A stretch of 52,429 nucleotides of DNA, counting the filler, from Sphacelaria rigidula (lineage: Eukaryota): NCBI GenBank assembly GCA_964200075.2. It is 4 parts of 4 records of this genome, joined end to end, with 100 filler letters (N's around TTAATTAATTAA, not from the genome) between each part and the next. Parts side by side here need not be neighbours in the genome. Positions count along the whole stretch, not along the records: positions 1 to 13,036 come from CAXNAA020003216.1; positions 13,137 to 26,170 come from CAXNAA020003217.1; 2 more parts are not named here. The stretch is one strand, 5' to 3'. The position numbers and the translations under genes are program-made. Shown one piece after another: positions 10,501-22,200 of this stretch. Position 1 is the stretch's first letter; every line of letters starts with the position of its first letter. The notes under the pieces were generated by a model, which saw only the letters and a program-made list of their open reading frames with translations, did not search any database and had not been told where the DNA came from.

Positions 10501-12767
10501 CAGTAGCCGCAGCGAACACGATACCCCAGAGTAGTCTGAGCGAAGCCTGTAGCGAAAAAACCCTCGCAGCCCCCTACGAAAAGCTGTGTGCGGCACAAGG
10601 AATCGAGGCGATGTAAAAAAAAACCTTTGGTGTAGGTTGTGCTATCACGTGCTCAGTACTCCGCACATGAACCCGATTTCTCGAACCCGTGGTCACAGTA
10701 GAACGATGATTCCCACATGTGTACTCATGTACTTGTGGTTGATGTTGTATAAAATCCGCGGTAATGAAGAAAATTTTTCAACTATTATACGATTTTCTTG
10801 AGGGATAAATGTGGTGGCAGTAGTCAAGAGACTGAAAGTGACCGCATTTGAGATTTGCTGTTTATTGGACGCAGAGATTGAGCGGAATGAAACTACTTTT
10901 TTTTGTGTGTGAAATACAAAGATCGGAGCTTTCGACTGCACATACCTTCAGCGGAGGGTCAGGCGTGGTAGTGTGTGGAAGGGGTGATGGGCGACCGCTG
11001 CGAAGGGCACTTCACGGTACATGATTCTTCATTCCTTAATGACCACTCAGAATCCTCCGATGATCCTTGTTGCTTTGAGAAAGCTACGAATCTTGCCAGA
11101 TTTTCCATGATGTGGGGTACATTCCCCAACACCTGTGTCCATGGTATCGGAAATTCAAGACGTTTTTTTTTCGTCAAAACTCATTTTTTTCGCAGACCAC
11201 ATGCTCCATAGTAACCGTTTTGGGCGCACAGATGTCCTCCACACCGGAAAAAATGTCGCAGTTCACGCTGCATAGCAGTAATGCTGCGTAGCGATGGAGT
11301 CGCTGCAGATGCTGCGTAGCTGAACGTAACGAAAGGAGCAGGGAAACGGGAAGGCATTTCGTGAGCGCTCGATTGCCAACCTAGACTCAGTATTGCGTAC
11401 GCCCGTAGGTTTCACGGGGGCTAAGCGTAAGTCTAACATCAGTACATGGCTGTTGCTGCCGACAGATTTGTTGTACAACTTTTCAGTGTGGGTGCACAGA
11501 GTAGTACGGAGATCCCCTTTTTCATGTTCGGGCATGAGTTTCTGAGACTACCCGCGGCAGCAGACTTGGAGAGGGTGTATCGTGCGTGACATGCCAACTA
11601 CTTTTGTAATGCACCGCAATCTTTTATGTCGTTCTGTTCGAAAAATTTTCTGTTCCTTTCTCTCTTGAGCTAGTGTATCAGTTTTGCTTTTTTTGGGTAC
11701 GTCTATCATGTGAACCGCCGGACCCCTGGGGGGTCAGTTAAAGTGCGACAATCAATCAAATCAAACAAATCAAACAGTAGGGTACAGTGAGCAGAATAGT
11801 GCAGTATTGGTCAAGGACAGTCAGCCACCGGTGTCCCTTTTGTTATATTCTTGACGTCAAAATCAAATGACGTAGTCCTGGTGTCGTGGAGAGGGTGCAG
11901 CCTTCCTAGCCCGCGTCTGCCGAATCTGGTACTTCCTCACACGTGTCTCATTTCCATCAACATGCGCTTACGTGGCGAAGCCCCAACTCCGAGCAAAACT
12001 CCACAACTGCGGGATTGGGATCCCAGTACGGGTACCCCGCAGCTGCAGGGTTGGGTTTTGAGTTTTGAGTGTAACACTGTCGACATGCCCTGCTGCCTAG
12101 ACGGATGTGTTGAAGGGCAGGTGGAGTAGAGTATGCTCAACTGCAGGGTATTTTGGAAGTCTTACTTCAAGTACACAAACTGGGGGTAGGGTTTCAGGGA
12201 TCGCTTTCCAGTTGTTTTTTGGGTACGACTCCTAACAATCTACCCTAATTTGAGTACCTCAAGCACGTACGTCTTTCAAAATACCCCGCAATTGAGTATA
12301 CTCTACTCGACCATCCCTTGGAGGTGCTGCATCACTGCTGACACGAAAAACACACACTAGTCTGTACGGCCATGTTACTCTCTCCCACGCTTTACTGTGT
12401 ATTTTGGTTGCTGGTTGGTGTTCGCCCACCCTGGCACAACCATCCCCAGGCGGTCGGCGGTCGGGGGCAGGAGAACATATTTCACTGACTGTACACGATT
12501 TTCTTCTAAACTGCAGGTCGCTTCCTGCGGAGACGATGCGAACGTGCACGTCATCGATTTACGAAACGCCTCCGGATCCAATTTCGGGGTTTCCCACCGA
12601 CTGGATGGCGTTCACGACGGACCCTGCCACACCGTCCGCTGGCATCCCGGCGACCGCAATTTGTTGCTGACTGCTTGGTTGGATTCTACCGTGAAGCTCT
12701 TCGACTTGCGGCGATTCGACAAACCCGTGCATGTCTTCCGTGGACACTGTCCCTACGCGCTCAAGAG
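4589..12767 (+). CDS. WDR76: WD40-repeat protein, WDR76/Cmr1-like; spliced, C-terminus truncated by contig end
   Basis: Phase-consistent exons: 4589-4606 (tentative), 4749-5049, 6233-7335, 7948-8340, 8704-8933, 9482-9704 and 12517-12767. They encode the Cmr1/WDR76-type N-terminal helix ISEYELQRLERIRKNQAFMASIGL and the RRSTR basic motif, followed by WD40 blades (LLAAGGKGGVVALF, AHKGWVSAVRF, SSANDSVVKLWD, ATGSKDATV, ASCGDDANVHVID, DSTVKLFDLRR). The orthology call rests on motif recognition, not a search. Confidence 0.8.
5194..5285 (-). repeat. Retroposon 3'-end family ending in AGTGCGAC(AATC)n
   Basis: Shared motif GGGTACGTCTATCATG...AAGTGCGACAATCAATC also occurs at 11680-11776 (+) and 15317-15420 (-). 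Confidence 0.65.
5286..5625 (-). mobile_element. tRNA-derived SINE-like repeat (copy 1)
   Basis: The minus strand begins with Pol III A-box-like TGGCTCAGTTTG and B-box GGTTCGAATC. It is homologous over about 340 bp to 37856-38223 and ends in a CAACA-type simple-repeat tail. Confidence 0.75.
9826..10432 (+). repeat. Degenerate minisatellite of 33-42 bp units, in two blocks, within a WDR76 intron
   Basis: About 10 copies of consensus CCGGTTCAAAGATGGTCATGTGAG at ~9826-9975 and ~10228-10432. Confidence 0.7.
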
Positions 12768-12865
12768 GTGAGGTGCTGTTGCTGCGGCTGCAGGGTCTTC
12801 CTCCTCCCCAAGTACTCCACAAATCGTTGTTTTTTTGTTTTTTACCGGGGCGGGCGGGCGGGAAT

Positions 12866-13036
12866 AGGCGTACTCATGATCTTGCATGCCGTAGTCGTAA
12901 GACCAATGACCTCGCATCCCTACAAAGCCGGGACGAAACAGACCGGGCTTTCGCCGGACCAGGGAGGCGGGGGGCGGGGGCGGGGGGGGGTGGACTCATG
13001 ATCATGCATGCCATAGTCATCAGACTATTGACCTAG
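12866..13036 (+). repeat. Interspersed repeat / MITE family with terminal motif GGGGGCGTACTCAT
   Basis: GTACTCATGATC(A/T)TGCATGCC(A/G)TAGTC recurs at 12866, 12990 and 21045 (+) and at 19105, 19440 and 39220 (-). The opposite end (...GCAACAAATGAGTACGCCCCCC) occurs at 1-70 and 20521-20600. Confidence 0.7.
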
Positions 13037-13136
13037 NNNNNNNNNNNNNNNNNNNNNNNNNNNNNNNNNNNNNNNNNNNNTTAATTAATTAANNNNNNNN
13101 NNNNNNNNNNNNNNNNNNNNNNNNNNNNNNNNNNNN
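13037..13136. other. Artificial contig spacer (N44-TTAATTAATTAA-N44)
   Basis: Six-frame stop linker inside an N run; identical spacers at 26171-26270 and 39301-39400. Confidence 0.98.
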
Positions 13137-13444
13137 CACCCGCCCCGGGAGATGACTGTTCGGGCCAGTGCCAATGCCAGGGGTCCGGTTAGCGGATTCG
13201 TACTTTACTTTGTGCGGGGGTAAACATGCGTTAGCGACCGTTCGAACGGACGCGCGATCGCGGTGATCCTGCAATGTTTCCGGCGGGCATGAACATTTCG
13301 AAAGAGGATCTATTCTCACGAGGCCTTGGCAAGGCAAAAATACCGAGACCCTCGAGAAAGACGGACGGGACCGGGGCCCAGCCCCGGGTCCCATACGGCT
13401 TGCATATATATATACATATATATATATATATGAGGCCAAACTAG

Positions 13445-13530
13445 ACGCACCCGGCGGGAATCGATCCCGAGTTTTTCTTCTTTCCCGCACTGAGGGCATC
13501 ACTTACACCATTAGTTCGAGGGGGCGCGGA
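13445..13530 (-). repeat. tRNA-derived (SINE-head-like) sequence
   Basis: Minus strand has A-box-like AACTAATGGTGTAAG and B-box-like GGGATCGATTCCC. It is too degenerate to be a functional tRNA. Confidence 0.45.
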
Positions 13531-14708
13531 GGAGTACACCACCGGGGCTAGGTAGTCAATATACCCTGGCATGTGTCCAGGTAAGCTCAAGGGGGAAAGT
13601 ATCTTATCTGAAGCACCCTTGCTACTCTTTCATACCCTAGGCAAAAAACCACGTCGCCACAAAGTGTACTGTACAACTGTTATCGTTGTTGTTGTTGTTG
13701 TTGTTGCTGCTGCTGCTGTTGCTGTCTTCACATTAAAAAAAACGTTCCGAAATCTGTGCAGTACTCCCTCCGTACTGGGCACGTGATGCGGACACCCTCC
13801 GCGGTCACGAGCTAACAAACCCAAAACAAGGTAATATATGCTCGTATAATACAAATGAAAATAAAGTATAATACGAGTAGGACCCCGAAAAAATCACACA
13901 GACGCGATATAAAACAAAAACAAAAACAATACTGCGAACCTCGTGAGTTTCCAGAGATGGAAAACGACTATTTGGACTACTGGAGGTACAGGATCGAATC
14001 TGTCGTCTACTCGTCTTGTAACAAAAGACTATATATTCGATATTGTACTGTTTGTACGCGGTACACTTCTCCATGATATCGTCTGTTGTCATCATCCAGG
14101 GTGTGCTACTTTTGCTACTTTCAACTAACCGATTTACCTACCGACCCAACTACCCGCACTGCTACTCCATTTCCTCGGGCAAGAGGACCGGCACGTTCGA
14201 ATCTCGTCCACTTCTCGATTTCTCGTATCAATTCGTGTTTTCTCATGCCTTCATTCTATCAAACAGATAAGCTGACTACATTACATCTTGGGCAATATAT
14301 GGTCGATAGTTGGGATAGGTCTGTACCGTGTGCAGTAAATGTGTCGTTTATTACAACTATTGACCATATATTGTAAGATATGAACAACATACACGATGGA
14401 GAGCCTGTAAGTCAACTTCATTTCATGACGTTGAGGTCGAGAAAATCGAAACCCACCTGGAAACTCAGTCAACTCTGTTCCACAAAAAAAACAAAAAAAT
14501 CCAATCAGCTTTACCACCGGGGGGGTGGGAGTGAGTCATGTTCATAACAATAAAAATGAATACATATATATATATATATATATAACTGGACATACACCTT
14601 CACATCGCCATTTATGGTCTTGATGTTGATGCTTTTTTTTCTTCGTCTTCGTTTGATTTACATTTATCCAACGTGAATTATTGTTGCCGTTTCACCAAGG
14701 GGAATTTT

Positions 14709-15078
14709 TCACACCCTGGATAATGACAATATATTGTCAAGAAATGAACCGCGTGAAGTATGGAATCTTTTGTATATTGCAGGACACAATGATCGATACG
14801 ATACGCAGTAAACTTTTGACAGTATAGTTTATTGTCATTATCCAAGGTATGGAAACTCTCAGAATGAAAAAAAAGTCCGAGTCTACGAGCCGAAATTTCG
14901 AAACGGGAGAAGTGGGCTGTATTACACACTCTGGATAATGACAATACATTACATGGTCGAAAAGTGTACTTGGTGCAGTATGGAATCTTTCTTCTAGCGC
15001 ATCAGACGCGACAGTCTATCCATACTGTATGCAGTACATTTTATGACATCGTAAGCTCTTGTCATTATCCAGGGTGTG
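14709..15078. mobile_element. Two adjacent ~145-bp palindromic MITE copies (TIR CACACCCTGGATAATGACAA)
   Basis: 14709-14851 and 14925-15078 each begin CACAC(C/T)CTGGATAATGACAA and end TTGTCATTATCCA(A/G)GGT(A/G)TG. Related copies lie at ~14000-14105, 25372-25510 and 50001-50143. Confidence 0.75.
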
Positions 15079-15869
15079 CTATATTGTATACACAACCGTG
15101 GTTATTATCCGGTACAAGTACACTACACTAACAGTCACTTAGTTAGGGCGGGAAATATTGAGAGATCCAGACCCGATAGACGGAATGCGGTCGCTGTGTG
15201 CAGGGCAATAAAAATAATATGCAGGGCAACAAAACTATGATGATTCATTTGACTAGAGTCGACACGGTGCGCGAGTGAGTGAATGCTGATCCAACCCACT
15301 ATACTGTATCAAAACTTGATTGTCGCACTGTAACTGATCCATCCCTCAGGAGTCATGATTCAGTCGTGGTCATTATCCACATGATGGACGTACCCGAGAT
15401 GAGAACACAAAATAGAAAAGCGCTCGCTGAAAAAAAAAAGAAAAAGGCAGAACAGAGCAACGGAGTAGACTCAAGAAAAACAACGGGAGAAAAACATGTA
15501 TATACGAAGTATATATATATATATATATATATAATGGCCGACCTCTGAAAATGTCAGACAGATAACGGGTAAAGCGATTGACGATGGGTTCCTCATCCCT
15601 CGAGATACTACTAGACTGCTACAGACTGGCCCCGAGAAAGGCCAGGGAGGGCGAAGAATGTGACGGGAAACATCAAAACGGGGAGGGGGGGGGGGCCTCT
15701 CCGTTACACGTACCTACATGAGTGTCCCAAGACAGGTACCACTAAATGTAGGCGTGGTAAAAAATGCCTCGATTCGGAGAAAGAAGAAAAGACACTGCCG
15801 AATGGGTCCCCGCATCTATGTATAAATATATACATGTGCGTAAATTTAGTATATATACACGCAACGAAG

Positions 15870-16380
<511 letters not shown>

Positions 16381-16421
16381 TAAAGTCATCAAACCCGAAA
16401 GCACACATACATGAACCGCAC

Positions 16422-17947
16422 CTTTCCCACAAACCGATCGGTTCTTCGGGGGCACTCGACTCTGCAGGAGGCCCCCCGCCTCCGCCTCCGCCTCCTCCTC
16501 CTCCTCTTCCTCCCTTTTTACCTCCTGCGTTAGTAGGCGGAACGCCCCAAATTACGGGCGCCGGACCGGGGGCTTGAAGGGGAGCGGGTTCCGAAATCGG
16601 CAGGAAAGAAGGGGCTGATGCGGGGGGCGTGGATATCGGTTCCTGCATCGCAGCGCCCGTCACGGGGACGAACCCATTAGCGAACATGGTTGCGTCGGTG
16701 TTGTCGCTGTTATTGTTTTTTTTACCCCCCCCACCCCCCCCCCCCCCACCACCGCCCTTCTTGGATTCCTTCTTGGATTCTTTCTTGTTATTATTATTTC
16801 CTATGAAATTAACTTGAAAAAACAAAAACAGGAAAAAGGAAAAAAAAAAAAGAAGGAACAGAAAAAAACAGGGGGAAAAGAAAGAAAGCACGAGCACGAG
16901 CACAAGCACAAGCACAAGCACAAGCACAAGAATAGAATAATAAAAACGACAAAGACGAACGAACGAGATTATGGAACGTCTTTTCTCTTTTTCTTCTGTG
17001 CGTGTGCGTGTGATTGTGTGTGTTTAGTCAGCATTTCGTCAGCAGTTTTCTGCCGCTGCTGCCAACAACGTTTTCGTAAAATTGAGAGTTGAAGGTATGA
17101 TTGAGAGTGAAGAGCGGTCAATTAATAAATAAGCCGTTTCAGTTCCGGAATGCACCTCCACCAGGCCCAATATTCTCTCTGTAGTAGCCTGCCACTGGAG
17201 GCCCTCGATACCCCTGAGTAGGATATCAACGTGTAGCTGTAAGCACATGGCAGTGACGAGACGAAAAAAAGCACACACGGAATGAAAAATTGCCCAAGTT
17301 TAAGCGAATGATCAAAGCCATTCTCAACCCGCACCCAACTCTCAATATCACGAAAACCTTGTTTGCTGCTGCTGCTGATGATGATGCTCCTTCCAACGCG
17401 GAACGATACAATTGGTTGATGAGTTGGTAAGTTGGTGTGGGTGTCTGTGAAGAAGTGTGTGTTTGGTGAGCGGAGTGGTCGTTTCTCCCATATTCTAGAC
17501 TAGACTAAAACGGTGGTGCAGTAACTTTTTGGGCTGCTGAAAAAAAAAACTCGAGTTTTTCGGAGGGGGGAGGGGGGGGCATACGTCAAGTCAGGAACCA
17601 TCCCCATGCCGTATCGCACCGGCGACACTTTCTACGATAACACCCCCCCCCCCAAAAAAGCAGCCCAAAACTGTCACGAATGAAATGGTCACACAGCGGC
17701 TGATGATGTTTGGTTTCAGGCTGCACGAAGTGCCTCATATGGGCGACATTGGTGATAACGAACCCAAAAAAGCGTGGGAATTTCCAGCTGCTCGTTGCGC
17801 TCGGCTTTATTTCATCTCGATTTACATGAGGATTTTGCATCCCCGAACCAGCCTTCTTTTTTTTGGGGGGGGGGAGGGGCTATCGTAGAAAGTGTCTAGC
17901 GCGCCTGAAATCTGTACAAACAAAAATCGGCACCGCCTGTCCATTTT

Positions 17948-17981
<34 letters not shown>

Positions 17982-19252
17982 TGAGTCCCGTGCCACACTG
18001 GGACACATTTTGAAAATACCACGGGTCTGAGAAAACACGCCTCGGGCTAATGGTTTTTTGCGTGAGCTGTTTAAGAACTCAACTCAGTGTCAGTTCGAAC
18101 GCACAACACCTCGACATCCATACACTTTTCCAATTGCCAATACAAAAAGGGTTATTGATTATAATATCCGCTGAACCCTTGGTTGAGCATCTGGAAATGA
18201 AGAAAACCCATGGCGGGTGGAACAGGTCAGTAGAGAGGCTGGAAAAACAAGCAACAACCGTGCTGCCGATGGATGGGCGCTGAAGGGGGTTCGAAAATTG
18301 AGCACAGCCGTCACGAGTTAAATTATGACGATACTGCGGGCGGGTGTACCGCCTGTTGTTAGTTTGTCGACCACCCAAATCAATCGAATCGGTTGTATAT
18401 AAACATATACATATATATAACCGTGTCCGCATGCGTACAGCATACATAGCACACCGCGAAAAAAAAAGGAGGAAATTATCAACAATTGACGCCCATGCCG
18501 TATAAGTACCATCCATACAGCAAGGTATTTCTTTATTCCTCAAAAATAATGACGGACAGATTTGAAGATAAAAACAAAAACGAACAGATTCAAAGATAGA
18601 CCATGTGCATATGGTCAAAACAAAAAGGGAATAACGCTGCCGTCAAGTAGCTGTAGTACCGTCTCCACGAGTACTCACTCCACCAGAGGATGTACACGAA
18701 TACATACATGTTCATTTATATGTATAAACCTTTCGGCGATCCTCTTGACGATTCTGATACACATGTACAAGTATGTATTCGAGAAAAAAAAACAATGAAG
18801 ACTGCAGGATTGAAAACCACCCACCGCTATTCTCTAGTACTTTACTGCTATGGCAACCATGACTCATCCGTCCTTACTGCTGCTCATTCCTCCCTGACTA
18901 ACATCTCTTCGTACCCCCCCCCCCCCTCCGCTGCCCCAAGAAACAACCATCATCTACGAGTAATGTGCTCATGTTTATTTCTCTTCAGACTCATGGGTTT
19001 TTCTTAGCTTCAATCAAAATTGTGTGCTTTCCCTGCAAAGACTTTAATCCAGAGTCCATGTGGGCAGTCCAGCACAGGTTCTCCTTTCCGGACCGTACTC
19101 CCCCACCCCCTCGCATGAGGTCAAAGGTCTGATGACTATGGCACGCATGATCATGAGTACATCCCTCGCATGCCCCCAGACCCCTGCGTGCCGCGTCACT
19201 CAGCCTTTTCAACTCTTGAAACGGCCGAAGTTGACGGTAAAAATGAGTTTCA

Positions 19253-19286
<34 letters not shown>

Positions 19287-22200
19287 CACGTATGTACCTA
19301 CCCCCATCTTATATCCGTACCATTCCCAAGCCGTTCCAAAAACATAAGCCAAGACACAACAAAATACTTACAACTAAGTATTCTTCATCGCTGCTCAGCA
19401 CATGACTGCGAACGCTAAAAAACATACCTCCCCCCCCCCCTCCCCTCTCAGGCTATGGCACGCATGATCATGAGTACACCTTCCCCTCTCCCCCAATATA
19501 AACCGAGAGTCAAGTCCCCAAGATTTCTAAAACGTGTCTCATTTATGTGTATGACCACCACACGTAGGCTCCACAGAGTAGCTGCAGACACGTCCTAAAA
19601 GCAGTCTCGAAAAACGCCGCAAAACAAGAACACCACCTCCACTGCCCCCCCTCCCCTTTATCTGATCAAACCATAATACCAACAGAAACGCTGTCAGTGA
19701 CGGTTAACACAAACCCTCCCTCCTCCCATGCCTCCTTCCACCGGGTCATACCTCATGCCCAAAAATAGGCTTCACAGAACCCCAGTCAAATAGTAACGGA
19801 AAAACAACCCTCCTCCTTCTCCCTCTCCTCTATACTGGGTCATATATACTCCATGTCAAAAACACCGGTTTTGCAAAACCGTGGCCCAACGGTAACGTCA
19901 ACCTTCCTCCCTCCGCCCCTTCGCCTCCACTGGGTCAAACTCCATGTCTAACGATCGATTTTGCAAAGCCCTAGCCTACCGGTAAAAACGGCAACTCTCC
20001 CTTTCCTCCTGCCTCTCCTTACTCGGCTGCGTCACGTCATCCGACTTTCGGGTTAGCAATACCCTAGCCTACCAGTAAAAACGGCAACTCTCTCTTTCCT
20101 CCTGCCTCCCCTTACTCGGCTGCGTCATGTCATCCGACTATCGAATTAGCAATACCCTAGCCTAACGATAGTGTCTCCCCTCCCCCCCCCCTCTCACCCC
20201 TCTACTCAGTAACGGTAACGGTAACCTCTTCCCCCCCGCCACCACTCCTTCCCCCTCTGTACTCAGCTATCCCTCGGACATCAAGCGCGAGAGTCCACTT
20301 CTTAATTTGCCTGATGAACGCTTCCCCGCGGTCAGCATAGCACGTACAAGGGAGACTACGGACACCTCGTATAAAACTAGGAGCTACTGCTACGCCAACA
20401 CTACATCGTGTTGACCAAGCACGCACTGCACTCTGGACCGCTCTCGCTCAAACATAGCTGGTCATATCTCCAGATCCCCCCCCCCTCCCTCTTCCCCTGC
20501 GCCTCCTCCCTCCAACCGTGGCCCGCCTCGAAAGGGATGCACGGTCAACGGTCAACGGTCAAATGAACAAGGCAAGCAACAAACGAGTACGCCCACCTTC
20601 CCCCTTCCCTCCCCGTCCGCTCGCCGGTGTTTCGACGGTAAGGAGGGGGTGCAGACAGCGCCATCTAACTAATGTGTCAACATCGGTCGGCAATACTTTC
20701 AGGGCTCTTAACGTTACACGTCACAAGTTAAGCCTGGCTAGTACTACGGTGTGGGCCTACGTGGTCCCCCCGCCGTAGTATTAGCCAGGCCCGAGGCTTA
20801 TTTTGATTCGACTTGACTTCACACAGGGCTCCGCGTGTAACGAATTTTGCGACGTGTAACGTTAAGTTGTGACGTGTAACGAACATTGTGACGTGAAACG
20901 TAAAGAGCCCTGAATATTTCCGAACATCCCCATGACAATGACAACCCAATCAACCCTGACGAAATTCGACCGTTGGCCTACCGACAAAACTACGGTGATG
21001 GCTGTCCTATCAACGCCACTAACAGCATGCAGCAGCTTCGGGAGAGGGGGGCGTACTCATGATTCTCTACGCCACAGTCACAAGGTTCTCGACCTCGCGC
21101 TCCTATGAAATCGTAACAGAGTACGCCGAGTTTTCACCGGACCAGGCTCGCAAAGACCGTATTTACTGCCGGCTGCATGCTCAACGTACGGTCTTATAAC
21201 GTCCTCCTCTACTGGCTGGCGCCCTGCAAATGAAATATATATATACTTTTATATATATGCACTTAAATGAAAATAAAATAAGATATATAACTCACATGTA
21301 TTTTGTTGGAAGCAAGAACGTGACAGAACACAAGTACACTGAACCGAGGGGGGGAAAAAAGGCCCAAGTACAAGCCTTACGTACGTACGGATGGTTTCGC
21401 CTCGTCAGCAGTTCTAGTCGGGGAGGATATGGCTCGATTTTAAGAGTCTCAAGGAGGGTGGGACGGGAGAAAAATTGTAACTACCCAACATACAACATAC
21501 CCTTGCTTATCTAACAATACCTACATTCCTACACACGTACGTGAGTCCATACCTACAAGTAAGAGTTGAATGGAAAAAAAAAAAAAAACTACACAAAAAA
21601 ATCGCACCGTTCCTCAATTTTCCACACGTCCGACAGATCATGAGCGACCTGAAATAACTATAATCGAAGAGAACTCCTAGATCCATTGCACAAAAACACA
21701 AAACACGCAACCGCAGCGTTCGAGATGCCAAAGCGCCACCTTCCCGCTACACCGCGTGCTCGGCGTTCATCGCTGTCGACAGCTAATACGGAAATTGTGG
21801 CCATATGAGCTAGCACATGATCCGGATCAGTACTCTCATGAGAAGTAACACAGGGAGCTCATGACCTGTCCGAGGTGTGCAATTTTTCATCGCTACAACA
21901 AAGGGAACAAACTGATCTTGACGTGCGGGCACATGTATGATGTCAACCCTTAGACCGCGAGGGTAGTCCGTCTGGATCGTGCATACATTGGTCAAGTGAA
22001 GTCGATGCCGATTCAACAGATGACCTACTCTCGTTGTGTAGGGGTTGAAAAGGAAGAAGTTGTGGGGGAAAAGAAAATACACACGCACACAACACACGAC
22101 ACACAACACACACCACACAAAACACAAAACACAAAACAACAAGCACGTTTCCCCGCCGTCCCCCGTTTGGCGTCCCCCGTTTGGCGGGGGGAAGGAGGAT

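Noticed and set aside
13081..13092. TTAATTAATTAA as a biological motif (e.g. piggyBac TTAA site)
   Set aside because: It is identical and centred in all three 100-bp N spacers, so it is an assembly linker.
15390..15426. Candidate minus-strand exon (SAFLFCVLIS)
   Set aside because: The sequence matches the GGGTACGTCTATCATG retroposon-tail repeat seen at ~5250 and ~11690.
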